Shown piece after piece: positions 51,601 to 61,234 of a stretch of 64,000 nucleotides of DNA (positions are counted from its first letter, which is position 1; each line of letters starts with the position of its first letter). The stretch comes from Botryllus schlosseri (lineage: Eukaryota). The notes below the pieces were generated by a model. The model ran no database searches. It was not told the origin of the DNA and saw only the letters and a list, made by a program, of their open reading frames with translations. The position numbers and the translations under genes were made by a program. The stretch is taken from positions 14,448,001 to 14,512,000 of the forward strand of contig CM119371.1 in NCBI GenBank assembly GCA_051294905.1, given 5' to 3'.

Positions 51601-54600
51601 GTAATCATATTTCGATCACGTCATCATCTGTCAAAGAAGGTACCATCCTGTGATCAGTTCTTTGTGGAAACTGTACATTATGCATGCACATTGCACATGT
51701 GTACTGTGCAGTCCCGGTGAAGCACCTATGTTTATGTTACTACTTATTCCGCTCGTGGCCCTGGAACTCCCACAATCAGCCACGAATTTTTCATTGTTAT
51801 GGAGATTGGCATTGGGACGCAACAATGCTGTCTCGCGAAACGAGAGAATAGCTCAAGAGAAAAAGAGTCAGACAGCATTGTTGCGTCTCAATGCCAAGAG
51901 CCGAGAGTGGAATGAAATTTATATTTTCGTAATCAGTGCAGAGTCAGCTTGCGATTGATACCCCTTTTACCAAATTTAATGCTCGGCAAGCCGGTCAAAA
52001 AGGACCGTCAAATTGCCCGTGGCCAAATGGAAATTGTGACGTGAATCAATAGGCCTTTTGCAGGACTTCGATCACGTGACTAGATACGCATAGCAACAAC
52101 AAATTGGTTAGCAAGCTACTTTCTCGCGCACCTGCTTCAATGCTAAATATCGCATAGTGTACTGTAGATTTCTGGTTGTAAACGTTTCGGAAATTTGTTG
52201 TAGAAGTCATCAGAGATTCACCTATGCTAGATGTCAATCCTGTACAAAGCACATAGAATGATATCGTCAGAATTACGCAGAAATCCGTCGTTAACGTAGC
52301 CATATTTCGGATACAGTATATTATCGTTTTCGGGCTGTAAACGTTCGCAAGTGTCATGGAGATGCGCAAGGATTCAAATATGTTGGATGTCTTTGATTCA
52401 TGAACTATGTATAAACTCCTTGCGTCAAAATGATCGACATTGTAGCCGTTATTTGGTAGTCAACTATGATTTTATGACATAAAATTCGACATTGCAGGAT
52501 ATTGACTGCGTGATATTTATTGCAGCATTAAGTTAGGTGTGGATAGTATACTATAGTTGTACTGTAGCGGTAGTTGGTAATCATTGCAGCATTTTGATGA
52601 TTGATATCGATTGCAATATATATAGGATACTGCTATTTTTAAGCCTAAGAGACAATGACTGCCAGTGCCAGTACGTTGATGTGTTATGAATTCATGCAAC
52701 GTGCTACATACCACATATATATTAAATATCCTAAGCTATTGTATGACTTCTCAGTTGAACAATTCAAAATATTTAGACCTCTACACCTATATTACAAGTT
52801 ATTGATCATTCTGTCATGCTGCCAAGTGCCACTACCCGAAGGAAAATGATCATCAGCTCCAATTGAGGGTGAAACAAACTGTCCCGGGGCTTGGATTACT
52901 TGATTGATTGCCTGGATTGGATTACTTCACTCTATGGCACAGTGCAAATATCTTGAGTTTCAAGACATGTGGCTATACCACATGCATGCGGATTAATGAT
53001 CTGATGGATTATCCCAAGAGAGCCGAACATAGGCAACTAAGAGATTGATGATGCCTTCGTCAAGAATTCAGCCTGGATCCAATTATTATCACCACATAAA
53101 ATTTGGTCATGCGGTGGAAGGCAGTGTGGTTTCATGCCAACAGAAAATGTCAGCAGATGATCTGACCACTGACTAACTGTCCTGAACTTCTTTCCCGATG
53201 TTGATGTCTGCTTTGAAAATGATATTTCATTTGTGTACAGCAAGACAAGCGCTCTTCCGTGGATGCTATGAATATGTCTGGACAAGTGGCTATGGAGGTA
53301 GAGGAAAATACATAGGCATAACAGTCTCGGCAGTTATTGAACTTGATAAGGTTAACATCCATTTTTCTTCAACTATTTCTTATGCTCTGGGTATCGAATG
53401 CACAAAAATTAATAAATCGATCTTCTTTGCAAGTTTATTTGTAAATTCAATGAATCAAAGAATATCATAAGTTCAGAATACTACGGAGTCAATGCTTAAG
53501 AAACAATGTTAGTCTTCTTGAGAGGATGTTTCTGAGTAGGTTGAGCCAATACACAGAGGGGGTCAGCAACGAAATACTATTTTACCTGAGTACTAGCGTC
53601 ATTATGAGTTTAGGCTACTTCCACTTCTACTTGACACTTTTTAGGTAGTACTTTTTTGTCAGGTTTGGGATTTTGTCAACTAGAAAGTAGCTTTGGCGCA
53701 TGATTGCATCCCCTTCAAGCGTGAGGTTGTCATAACAACTGGGCAAAATAGCCCCAGTACCACGGTAACTAAATTAATTTTTGAAAATTGCACTTATTTG
53801 TGGTGTCATCGCCCTTTTGCGTTGATCAAGAAGATGCAACATGCAATGTTTACAGTTGCCACATGGCATCAATTTCCACAACTAAGTCACCCTCAACCAA
53901 ATCTACTTCATGTAACGAATTTCTTGACCGCTTTTCAGAAATTCATTTCTACTTCCACTTGAAGTACTTTGGACATGTCCTGGAAGTAATTAGTGCTACT
54001 TGTACTGGGGTATAAATTAAGGCATTACTTCTACTCGGTTCCCAACAATGAACACGTTGACCACGTCTGGGTATAGGATGACCGATCTTGTCACTGCGTT
54101 TGAGCTGCTCTAAGAGTTATATGATAGTTACTTCCCTTAGTTCGCTAAATATCGCACATATCTGACATATGTGACATCAACTATTTATCAAAATCGAGTG
54201 TGATTTGCCAAATCCACTTCAATCGCAGTTGCGAAGTAGTGGTAATAAAATTGGCATTGTATAAGGCAACAATAAAGTGCACTGATTTGCTTAGTCTTGA
54301 CGGCAGGTTCTCCCAAAAGATACTTCCGATGTGTTCAGCGACATTTGTTTTATAGCAGCACGACAGCACCCAAACCAGCAGACAGTATATCCTGATCCTT
54401 GCGGGTCCCGGCTGCTTCAGCCATATCTTCCATCCAAAATCAGGCTCCACAACAGACAAATAGTACTGCTTGAACTAACAAATACTCTTACCAGAATATA
54501 AGCCAATTGCTTTACTTCAAATGCATAAATTTAAGTACAAATGATCAGAGTTGAGTACCGTAATACGACTACGTTACCGATGGATTTCTGCGTAATTCTG

Positions 54601-57600
54601 ACGATATCATTCTAAATGCTTTGCACAGGATTGACATCTAGCATAGGTGAATCTCTGATGACTTCTACAACAAATTTCCGAAACGTTTACAACCAGAAAT
54701 CAACAGTACACTATGCGATATTTAGCACTGAAGCAGGTGCGCGAGAAAGTAGCTTGCTAACCAATTTGTTGTTGCTATGCGTATCTAGTCACGTGATCGA
54801 AGTCCTGCAAAAGGCCTATTGCACTGAGCTGTGAGATTTGCTTGTGTCGACTCCATATAGGACACTATGATGTAACCATGTGACTTGAATCTGGTTGACG
54901 TAGCCTATTTGATTGCGATAGCTGCGGACTGAAACTCTATATTTTACATTCAATCGCGCTTTTACATTCGCAATGACCCCAAAATTGCGATGTTTCAACT
55001 ACAAGACTACCATGCACGTGCGAGAGGTGGCGAGCAACAAAGTAGGCCTACTTATGTATTCAAGTAGTTTTTCTTCCTACGCGCACGACTTACCCAAGTG
55101 CTATGCTTTTAGACCAGTGCTTTTCAACCTTTTTGAGCTTCATTCGCACTTTTTTTGTAAAATAAATTTCATTCGCACAAACTAACCGAATATTGAAAAA
55201 CCACCATTTATTTGCTCAGATGTGAAACAAATTGGCTACTATGAATCTCAAGCTATCAAGTGTCTCATTAAAAAGGCTACTATTTTTGCTCGTTTTGATT
55301 TCAATTATTTCACTAAAACCCTTCTACTAGTGCTTGGATGGCCAGGTCTCAAAGCAGGGGTCGCCAACACAGCCGCGGGCCGCATGAGGCCTGTGAGGTC
55401 ATATTTTGCGGCCCGTGATCTGATATAAGATTTCGAAAGAACGCCCAGTACTGAAATTTATTTCAGTTTGAAAATATTTTTGACGTTGTTCAAAATATGC
55501 TATTCTCCCGTAATATGCTATTCTCCTGTGCCGAACACCACTATATTCCCCACCAGCTGATACGGCCTCGGTGATGGTATAATAAGATTCCATGGAGGAA
55601 GAATTAGCTGATATAAATGGACAATTAGCATATTGCCTTGGCGCACAATGGTGGTGACTCCGTCAAGACCGAAACAATTTGAAAACGACTCAGGGACTCG
55701 CCACAATAGCAATCTTCGCGAGAAGATAGTTTTTCAGCAAATACCGTGTCTAGCTAACTCCAATATCGATTAGTCGTTAAAAATGTGGTCAGGTATCGTG
55801 CACAGATCATAGTTCAAAATCGAATGAAAGTGATGATCAAGATATTTTTGTTGCTTTGAGATTTTGTGGCATCTCGCGACCCGAGCCTCACCCAAGAATA
55901 GGAATTCAATTTGTATAATTACAGTAGTATGCTATGATTTTATGGACATACATGACATACAGAGCGAGCACACCACATTTCTATCCAACACGCAGCTCTA
56001 CAGGTCTGACACACGCGATTTCAAATTGGGGTGAATTAAATTCATTTTCGTGTCGCAGTTGTAGGCTTACCACTGTCTATACTCAGATTGCAAGAACGGG
56101 ACTATGCCGTGCCGACAATGGAGCATATCCATTTCGAATGGTTTGGCCATCCAGTATCGGTCATTTTTGGCCAAGGTTTTGTCGACGCTTAATTTTTGGC
56201 ACGGCATTTGATCAGCCGTTTGTTAGCCAAAACTTTCTGTCTTCATGTGGCTGGACAGTAGGACACATAAGGGGTTGGCCTCGAAATGAATGAGTATCAT
56301 AGACCTGAAGTCGCTCGTTGCACATCCCTAGTCCCTAAAGTAGCTCATCCCAACGGTTTTCGGCCATGTTTTCCAGAAAAACCAATCGGACAAATCTTAT
56401 CACGAATTCTCATGATAAAGACATATTGTCTGCGTGTCTCGCTTATTCGCTCCAGTACCCAACACCGTGACCTTAGAGTTGTAAACACGATCGCAGAATT
56501 TTGCCATAAATTGAACAAATAGGTCTATTACATTACATACATATTTACAGACACGACAGTTCTGGCACCGTGTCGACCCAAAATTATACCCTTTGCGGTC
56601 TATACTTTAATAACCCTTGAAAGGGTATAATTTGCGTTACAGTAACTTGCAAATGGGAGTCTGAAATGATGGTATTTACTACTATCCTCGTGCCTCGCAC
56701 TAATCGAATAGTTATTACGGAAGTATGATGATCGTTTAGCGAAAGTAAGCAGAAAGTCAATTTAACGTCATTTCCCAGCCTATCGCAAGCTCAGACTGGC
56801 TGATATACCGTATGTCTGCCACTACACCAGCTTCCAAACCAGACTTTTGGTTACATAATAATTAGAGTGCGAAAATATTAGTTGACTACGGCATGTGAGA
56901 GCTACGACTAGTGGTGCGCCGTAAGTTGAACAAGTTTTTACAATTGCGTCGCAACAACAAAAGTTACACTGCCCTTGAATTTCCTATTAGGTTTATTTGA
57001 ATTATTCCAGATCAGAAAAATTAGCAATTATTATTCACTATTTTCATTCGCACCCATCCGGGATTTTCATTCGCACCGTTCGCACCACCTTCGTCATTCG
57101 CACTCATCCGGGATTTTCATTCGCACCGTTCGCACCATGTTCGTCATTCGCACTGCAATTTTTTTCATTCGCACAAGTGCGAACCGTCACACAGGTTGAA
57201 AAGCACTGTTTCAGACTATACTCACACTTCTACTTATCAGTTTTGGGATCAAATTGCTAATTTCTGACACATTCAACTTTATAAAGTATAGTTAGTAGTT
57301 TTGACATATATGATTACATCACCTTGATGTGTGCAAGGTTCATAGAAAACAGCGAAATAGCCCATATACCATGGTAACTGAATATGTCTTCGACAATAGC
57401 ACCATTTTGTAGCCTCGTTGAGCATTTTGCGCCAGTCGCGAGAATGCACTTTACAATTTCGGGACTAGAAATTTCCGATAGGACCGAATCTATTTTTGAA
57501 ACTACTTACTTTGGTACTTTTGATATCCTCATCTCTACTTCCACCTGAAGTAGACGCCCGTGGTGTGGTCAAAACGGGCCGTGACATGTTAGGACAGTGG

Positions 57601-60600
57601 TTCCCAAGCTTTTTGTCTGCATTCCCAACTTCAAAATTATTTCGAGCATTCATTCCCCACTACCCAAAACTTATTTTACTACGGAGCAGCTATTTGCTTG
57701 CTTGAACAGTGAACACACAAGACACACAACCACACCAGTACGCAAGATAAGCGCCTATAAGTGCAACATAAAACGTATTGTGAACCGACACCGGTAACCC
57801 TCAAAATTTAGCGAAAGCGTTATACACGTCATACTAGTCGTGCCGGATGCGTTTGTGACGCCATAATTGGTTATCCAGAGTTAAAAATGAGGTTATGTGA
57901 ACAACACACAATATAATTTTCGATATTTACATTCCAGAGCAGTTAACTGGTAACGGGAATTGCGCACGTGTCTCCGTAAATATGTAGACTGACCTGTATA
58001 TAATTTTGAATAAATTCGTCTATTCCCCACCGGTTGGGATCCACCATGTTAGGAGAAACCAATGCAGCCGATTCCAAACCTGACATCATCCGGGAAGATT
58101 GCTGCATCCCACGTTGGCCATATCTGGCCACAATATCTGCCATGGATCTGACTAGGTTGAAACACTTGCACTTGAAGTAGTTTTGACACGCCTTATATAT
58201 TGCTACCTCTGCTTATACTTGAGCATAAATTTATGACGGTAGGCTACGTCTACGCCTTCATAATACCAATGCCAGCGTTGACTACTGAGCCGTCTCTGAC
58301 AATAGATTCATGTACGTTGCTTAATTACGTAACGTTAATGTCTTGTTATTTGTGACAGACGACGATGTACCTTCAATCTCGTTACCAAATCGCCTTTACA
58401 TCTGCAATGGTTCTGATACAAGTTCTCATACTGTCGATATGGCTCATCCTCAGACCAGCTGACATCGCTATTCACTTCCCTTCGCACGAATTCGTGTATC
58501 GTGGCTGCGGTTATCTTACCAACCTTGAAATCCTGTTAGCACTGATATATCCGTTTCTTTTAATCATCGTTTGCACCACATTGGCGACTCTCAACAGAGA
58601 CATTCCGACCGAATTTAACGAAACGAAACACATAGGTGAGTTTTGCTTTCTTGTCATTTATAATTATGCAGTTCATAAAGATCGGAGTATATTTTCATGG
58701 TAAAAGTTGCATTCTGCTGTCACTTGAAGGCCTGGGTAACATAATGACATACAACAGTATTATATGTCATGTAGAACAACTTGAATAAATTATGTGTTAT
58801 TGAGTGCTTTGCCCGCCATAGTTGAAGTCCTAACCCCACTCACGATATGCATCGGAGATGGAGTTATGACGCATTCCAAATTGTAAAAAGGGAAACGGCC
58901 GTCCATGAATTAGTTATTACTTATAGCTCTACTGGTAGATAATCATGTGCTAACCATAGCGGCATAAATAGCCTCTGGTGGTGATAAAATATAAATCTGA
59001 GCAGATGAGCGGTTGGAATTTCCGAGAATGATTGGCGATATTTTGTATTCTATATCCCGACTGCAGTTTCAATCATCCAAATCTAATTGGCGCTTAATTG
59101 ACGACATAATTTTCCGTGGCATTGGCCATATATTTAGTTACAGTAGCACGATGAAACGATAGTTGGCCACAGCTTTCAAACATCTGGGTGATATAGGCCG
59201 ATAAAGGGGCAGTGGCGTAGGAGCATATGCTGCTACCCATGGCTTTCGTTGAAAGTGCAGCCCAAATTTTGAAATAGTTTATATTTACTGGAAATCTTGC
59301 TGTGTTGACTGAAAAATGGTTATCATTTCGCCTTGACTGCCGCATTATCCACCTTTTTCAGTACTTTGGTAGTGTTGACCCCAAAAAAATGTCATCACCT
59401 CACATTTTGCCGTATCCTAGCAGCCTGCCGCCCATGGTACAGAGCCATAAGGGCCAAGTGGCTGTTGCGCCACTGTAAAGGGGGTGTTCGTCAAGGATTC
59501 CAATGAGCAAAAGTATGCTAGCCTACACTATGTTATGGATATGATTACACAAGACGCAGTTTTCAGTTGAAAGTTGAGTGATGTATAAAAAGTTCCTCTC
59601 GCCATGGTGGAAATTAATAACATCCACGTATCTGTTTTGAAGTGGACCGTTTATGTTATCCTAAATATGAGAACACTTGATACAACACGAATAAAAGGTA
59701 CTCACTGTCATAAACGCACTTGCGCGTCCCATTTCCGAGTTCACAGTTCCTTTGAACCACTCATGCCTCTCGATTTTAAGGCTTCTCAATGTACGCGACC
59801 TGTGTCATCTGGTTGGCATTCCTAGCGATATTCGTCACCAATACCAAAGACCTCAGTCAACGGGTAATATTTATATGCAGGAAGTCGAATATTCGTGACT
59901 TTAATCGGTTTCGTCGTTTTTTTTGTTTTGTTTCATTAAGGTTATGACAACTTCGATGTGTATGAGTCTAAGTGCAGCAACTGTGTTGGTTTGCTTGTTT
60001 GGACCCAAGTGCTTTAAAATCCTATTTCGACCTTGGCTGAACAAGCACAGCGCGGTTATGGCACCAAGGTGAATGGACTCAATATTTTATCGATGGAACA
60101 AAAATGTTCATTGTTCATGTACTTTATTGTTCTGAGGATTTCAGTGTATCGTGTCATGTAGCGTCACGATATCACTGTTCCCACATTTCATCTCGACATT
60201 GTAGCTTTGAATACTATTAAATATGTAGGCCTACTATAAGATTAAGCCGGATTAGGTCTATACGGTTTTAGTCAGATTTGGTCAAACGAATTATGTCAAG
60301 TATATTTGAATTTATATCTGGAAAATAAAATTTATATGATAATGTTAAACTTAGATGCGACTTTTCAATTATATCAATTCATTACCTGATTGGAACGGGG
60401 ATTTGAATCCGGCCGCAAGTCAGTTTTTACCGGAAGTGGTCAGAGTAAACAGCATTGGAAAGTAGAAGTAGGGGTTTTGTAGTAAATATTACCTCAATTA
60501 CAAGTTATATTTTCATGTAGAGTCAAAACTATTGCACGTCGTAGGCGAATTATTCGAATATGCAATAAAATCAATGATTTGGAAAAATCCTTATCTATAC

Positions 60601-60847
60601 CTGCCACCAGACTCTCTTCTTGAAACTAGAATGAAAACCTGGATCGTTATGATGAAATGTTATCTGATAATCTACGATTGTCAATAACAATAGATAGTAT
60701 CCAATAGTATCCATTTTCTTTACCTATCAGTTATTTTGTTTCTGTATTCACTGATTTATTCACCCACATACTCATAATCATAGGAACGTCCAAAATGAAC
60801 GTACAGGAGCTGGACCTACCCCAACTAATACTGTCTCAGACATGTGA
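27627..60847 (+). CDS. Metabotropic glutamate receptor-like class C GPCR, whole gene span (21 confident coding exons plus tentative exon 22; about 850-870 aa)
   Basis: Hand-spliced exons all have GT-AG ends and matching phases. They give signal peptide, Venus flytrap (GDILIAGMVPVH, LPGIKLG..DTC, FFRVVPPD, WIGSDAW, RNPWF), nine-Cys domain (SVCSKPC..CCWHCEQC) and 7TM (TPIVKASG.ELC, LLTKT.RI, IPTEFNETKHIGF.MY, FGPKC). No internal stop in exons 1-21. Confidence 0.93.
28071..28114 (+). CDS. mGluR-like exon 2 (GCIGGGVAQSTGTSN)
   Basis: ctacacag acceptor and gtgagt donor; phase 1 to 0 links exon 1 to exon 3 and completes the signal peptide. Confidence 0.7.
28521..28685 (+). CDS. mGluR-like exon 3 (LVTTRRD..PGDILIAGMVPVH..CTIIRESGIQAVETMNMIIDQ)
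   Basis: ttcttacag acceptor, gtacga donor; class C flytrap N-terminal motif. Confidence 0.92.
29515..29586 (-). mobile_element. SINE family A fragment
   Basis: CTGGAGTCGACTTCGGTCGGACTCGAACCCACAACCCATTGGTGT. Confidence 0.7.
29771..30698. mobile_element. hAT MITE (GGTTCAC/GTGAAC family), uninterrupted copy
   Basis: TIR TAGGGATGGTGTGAAC; perfect TSD TTAGGCAG. Confidence 0.94.
30889..30978 (+). CDS. mGluR-like exon 4 (VNSDDKILPGIKLGSIIIDTCNSDNEAVRR)
   Basis: AG/GT ends; LLP.I.LG...DTC motif. Confidence 0.92.
32255..33341 (+). mobile_element. 5'-truncated non-LTR retrotransposon (RTE clade) reverse transcriptase and C-terminal region
   Basis: One frame: FVDFAKAFDSV, GVLQGDTLAPFLF, AYADDLAL, GLQINAKKT, FVYLG, LLYG.E, RRLRLIGH..R, DRPRWRR. 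Stops at 32395 (TGA) and 32839 (TAA); short TAATAATA tail; visibly GC-richer than flanks. Confidence 0.92.
33430..33759 (-). pseudogene. hAT transposase C-terminal dimerisation-domain remnant
   Basis: DSLHYW..NEYP..KCLSIPVSSAPVERV.S motif. Confidence 0.88.
34804..34894 (+). CDS. mGluR-like exon 5 (LLSNIIPHLSDEDVRCSNLQTDAPSRPLVA)
   Basis: tttcag acceptor, gtacgg donor, phase 0 to 1; carries a Cys in the loop that holds the dimer disulfide Cys in mGluRs. Confidence 0.82.
35448..35521 (+). CDS. mGluR-like exon 6 (GVSGGASSSVSIQAANILQAYSVPQ)
   Basis: atttcag acceptor, gtgagc donor; SSSVSI..AN.L....PQ motif. Confidence 0.92.
36256..36342 (+). CDS. mGluR-like exon 7 (VSYWSSSSELSNKDRFKSFFRVVPPDGKQ)
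   Basis: AG/GT ends; LS.K.RF..F.RVVPPD..Q motif. Confidence 0.93.
36658..36751 (+). CDS. mGluR-like exon 8 (AEAIIAFAKERGWTYISIVYEDDAYGLNGFH)
   Basis: AG/GT ends; W.Y.S.......YG..G motif. Confidence 0.92.
37173..37862. mobile_element. Diverged Charlie-type hAT MITE
   Basis: CAGAGGTTCTCGAACC left end; CGCGTACCC..GTTTGAGGACATCT right end; flanks CCCTAAAT and GCATAAAT. Confidence 0.6.
38034..38156 (+). CDS. mGluR-like exon 9 (ELRNVAEREGVCINTFEAVPRTP..LLDQKSK)
   Basis: tatttcag acceptor, gtgagg donor; GVCI motif; phase 1 to 1. Confidence 0.9.
38371..40234. mobile_element. hAT Charlie-type non-autonomous element with GGGGCGCTGG repeats, internal triplicated unit and nested MITE (38932-39116)
   Basis: 17-bp TIR CAGTGGTTCTTAACCTT; perfect TSD ATTTAAAG. 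Confidence 0.93.
40602..40764 (+). mobile_element. SINE family A, 3' half with (AAAC)n tail
   Basis: Matches the 3' halves of the 49085 and 50549 copies. Confidence 0.8.
40796..40954 (+). CDS. mGluR-like exon 10 (AVVLFTNS..LLWIGSDAW..DGILH)
   Basis: VVLF and WIGSD.W motifs; the donor gttcac is weak but is the GT giving the required phase, leaving a 58-nt intron. Confidence 0.85.
41013..41144 (+). CDS. mGluR-like exon 11 (GAVGFQP..YFLNLTLNNSRNPWFSEYLEHINLCTM)
   Basis: RNPWF.E motif; ttttag acceptor, gtacga donor. Confidence 0.9.
41445..41706 (-). mobile_element. SINE family A
   Basis: Full-length reverse complement with A and B boxes and (AAAC)n tail. Confidence 0.85.
42024..42103 (+). CDS. 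mGluR-like exon 12 (GTNASRRKCDNNEKVNPSAFHNNPRMQ)
   Basis: ctaag acceptor, gtaaga donor; phase 1 to 0 bridges exons 11 and 13; C...E motif. Confidence 0.82.
42273..42435 (+). CDS. mGluR-like exon 13 (NVGDSVLAIVHALDEYHRTVC..GMCPA..INFT)
   Basis: D.V.A..HAL...H...C....G.C motif; AG/GT ends. Confidence 0.93.
43638..44837 (+). CDS. Harbinger (HARBI1-like, DDE_Tnp_4) transposase, 399 aa, atypical C-terminal about 70 aa
   Basis: F..RYRF, ALRFFATG, GAIDCTHI (D), NRKG..SLNVQ, WPGSCHDSRIF, LLGDNGYP (D), YNRAH..TR..IEQCFGVMKQRF (E), LHN. Confidence 0.95.
   Translation: MAALIEEIEILQSESIPRRRLRDTKNPFEKYDDGEFIKRYRFYKNAVIEIFDNIKGDEVFQARSHGLHPLLQLTIALRFFATGHFQVTDGDLAGVSRHTARRSVHRVAYAISKHKISFMHSMHDTATLKCEFYKVKKFPGVVGAIDCTHIPIVSPGGDNAETFRNRKGFMSLNVQVVCNADRKIMNIVVRWPGSCHDSRIFRNSRLADDFNDGNIDGILLGDNGYPLLKHLLTPIINPTTEQEKKYNRAHIATRARIEQCFGVMKQRFRALRIPLRTKLQSSVAIIISIACLHNVAVALKQPMPEEDDLEPSIYDVNIVTAPSQNDTLSLASSLFALSFIFIQRFLRHFWLLIVPRPLELNFSARLSHPLSFALVEYLSVFLFSITGFSATKSNNNFFS
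44576..44878 (-). CDS. Harbinger ORF2, Myb/SANT-like (trihelix) DNA-binding domain, apparently truncated
   Basis: KREPNFSIQEKKLLLDLV..IENKKTD..KDRGWESLAEKFN..RS...LRKRWMNMK is the Myb/SANT-like pattern of Harbinger ORF2. Confidence 0.9.
   Translation of the reverse strand: MGDVPAKREPNFSIQEKKLLLDLVAENPVIENKKTDKYSTNAKDRGWESLAEKFNSSGLGTIRSQKCLRKRWMNMKDRAKSDEARLKVSFCDGAVTMFTS
47684..47827 (+). CDS. mGluR-like exon 14 (DASGRLVSFDANQDGITNYHIFNY..VGEYTNK)
   Basis: V.FD.N.D....Y.IFNY motif; AG/GT ends. Confidence 0.92.
47967..48067 (+). CDS. mGluR-like exon 15 (GIRLKEK..ESVCSKPCSFGQAVVVQTQ)
   Basis: ccttacag acceptor, gtatgt donor; start of nine-cysteine domain. Confidence 0.9.
48142..48785. mobile_element. 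hAT Charlie-type MITE, same family as 23412-24100
   Basis: Colinear similarity (AGCTGATATGAATGGGCAAT, CCAGACACTGCCA); right end decayed. Confidence 0.75.
48855..48982 (+). CDS. mGluR-like exon 16 (CCWHCEQCAENEFVSGNGTACTPCPPGQKPNAEKTYCEHLMI)
   Basis: Nine-cysteine domain spacing; AG/GT ends. Confidence 0.94.
49065..49320 (+). mobile_element. SINE family A
   Basis: B box GGTTCGAGTCC, shared core, AAACAAAC tail. Confidence 0.85.
49829..49961 (+). CDS. mGluR-like exon 17 (TM1, ..VLHRKTPIVKASGN)
   Basis: TP.VKASG motif; cttctcag acceptor, gtaagt donor. Confidence 0.93.
49982..50210. mobile_element. Short hAT MITE of the GACTC family
   Basis: CAGGGTGGTAATGAC left end; TSD CAAATAGA / CAAATTGA (7/8); similar to the ends of 31260-34107. 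Confidence 0.82.
50549..51246 (+). mobile_element. SINE family A split by an AATCC-repeat MITE fragment of about 400 bp (about 50670-51070)
   Basis: Core GGAGGTTTATC|TAGGCTCCTC is interrupted; insert ends GCTGAGCTCTG; flanks ATAGGCTG and CTAGGCTC. Confidence 0.82.
51439..51639 (+). CDS. mGluR-like exon 18 (TM2-TM3, ELCFVILFG..YAGLLTKTIRIVIIF)
   Basis: ELC and Y..LLTKT.RI..IF motifs; AG/GT ends. Confidence 0.93.
52051..54817. mobile_element. Non-autonomous long-TIR DNA transposon, ISL2EU-like
   Basis: Near-identical inverted repeats of about 265 bp (52051-52315 and 54555-54817) starting AGGCCTTTTGCAGG; AT on both flanks. Confidence 0.85.
53554..54069. mobile_element. hAT MITE of the CAGAGGTGGTCA family nested in the long-TIR element
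   Basis: CAGAGGGGGTCA left end, TGACCACGTCTG right end, TACTTC repeats. Confidence 0.75.
55115..57208. mobile_element. hAT Charlie-type element with CATTCGCAC repeats, containing a nested MITE from 55355
   Basis: TIR CAGTGCTTTTCAACCT; TSD TTTTAGAC / TTTCAGAC; tandem duplication of about 50 bp at 57055-57154. Confidence 0.9.
58359..58635 (+). CDS. mGluR-like exon 19 (TM4-TM5, ..RDIPTEFNETKHI)
   Basis: Matches ORF 58365..58703; P..FNE.K.IG motif; gtgagt donor. Confidence 0.94.
59210..59475. mobile_element. hAT MITE
   Basis: TIR CAGTGGCG; perfect TSD TAAAGGGG. Confidence 0.88.
59781..59863 (+). CDS. mGluR-like exon 20 (TM6, GFSMYATCVIWLAFLAIF)
   Basis: GF.MY.TC..WLAF motif; AG/GT ends. Confidence 0.94.
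59941..60068 (+). CDS. mGluR-like exon 21 (TM7, SLSA...L.CLFGPKCFKILFRP..N)
   Basis: Class C TM7 motif; cattaag acceptor, gtgaat donor. Confidence 0.93.
60784..60847 (+). CDS. mGluR-like tentative exon 22 (C-tail RNVQNERTGAGPTPTNTVSDM*)
   Basis: catag acceptor in the required phase 2, stop at 60845-60847, donor gtacgt at 60858; no homology support. Confidence 0.4.
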
Positions 60848-61234
60848 TGAAACGAAGGTACGTCTAACCTGCATGGCATCGATTAATATATATATAAGTG
60901 TATAAGTATATTTGTAATGTCACTGACAATAATTCCATTTCTTACAACAGATCGCTACGGTAATCTTCTTGCATGTATGGACTCCCCGTCAAATACATCA
61001 CCCTCATCCAGCAATGCAACGTTGCTAAGACTGGGATTCTGGAATTATGTGCAATTGGTGTAAACCAATTTACGTACCGATACAACCAACGATGGGTCTA
61101 TGTATTCGCCAAACATTCTCAGCAGAGATGCTCAAATATAGTTCCCTTGAATATAATACTTCTTTTAATAAAGTTTTCTGCTACTATTTGCAAGACTGCT
61201 ATGAATCTACTACGTGTATTGCTATCGTCTATTG

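Noticed and set aside
52046..52369. Identical peptides in ORFs 52046..52369 (-) and 54616..54834 (+)
   Set aside because: Artefact of the long inverted repeats; not a gene pair.
56100..56480. Possible decayed THAP or transposase fragment on the minus strand
   Set aside because: Only isolated HF and AVP-like words with stops; not supportable by eye.
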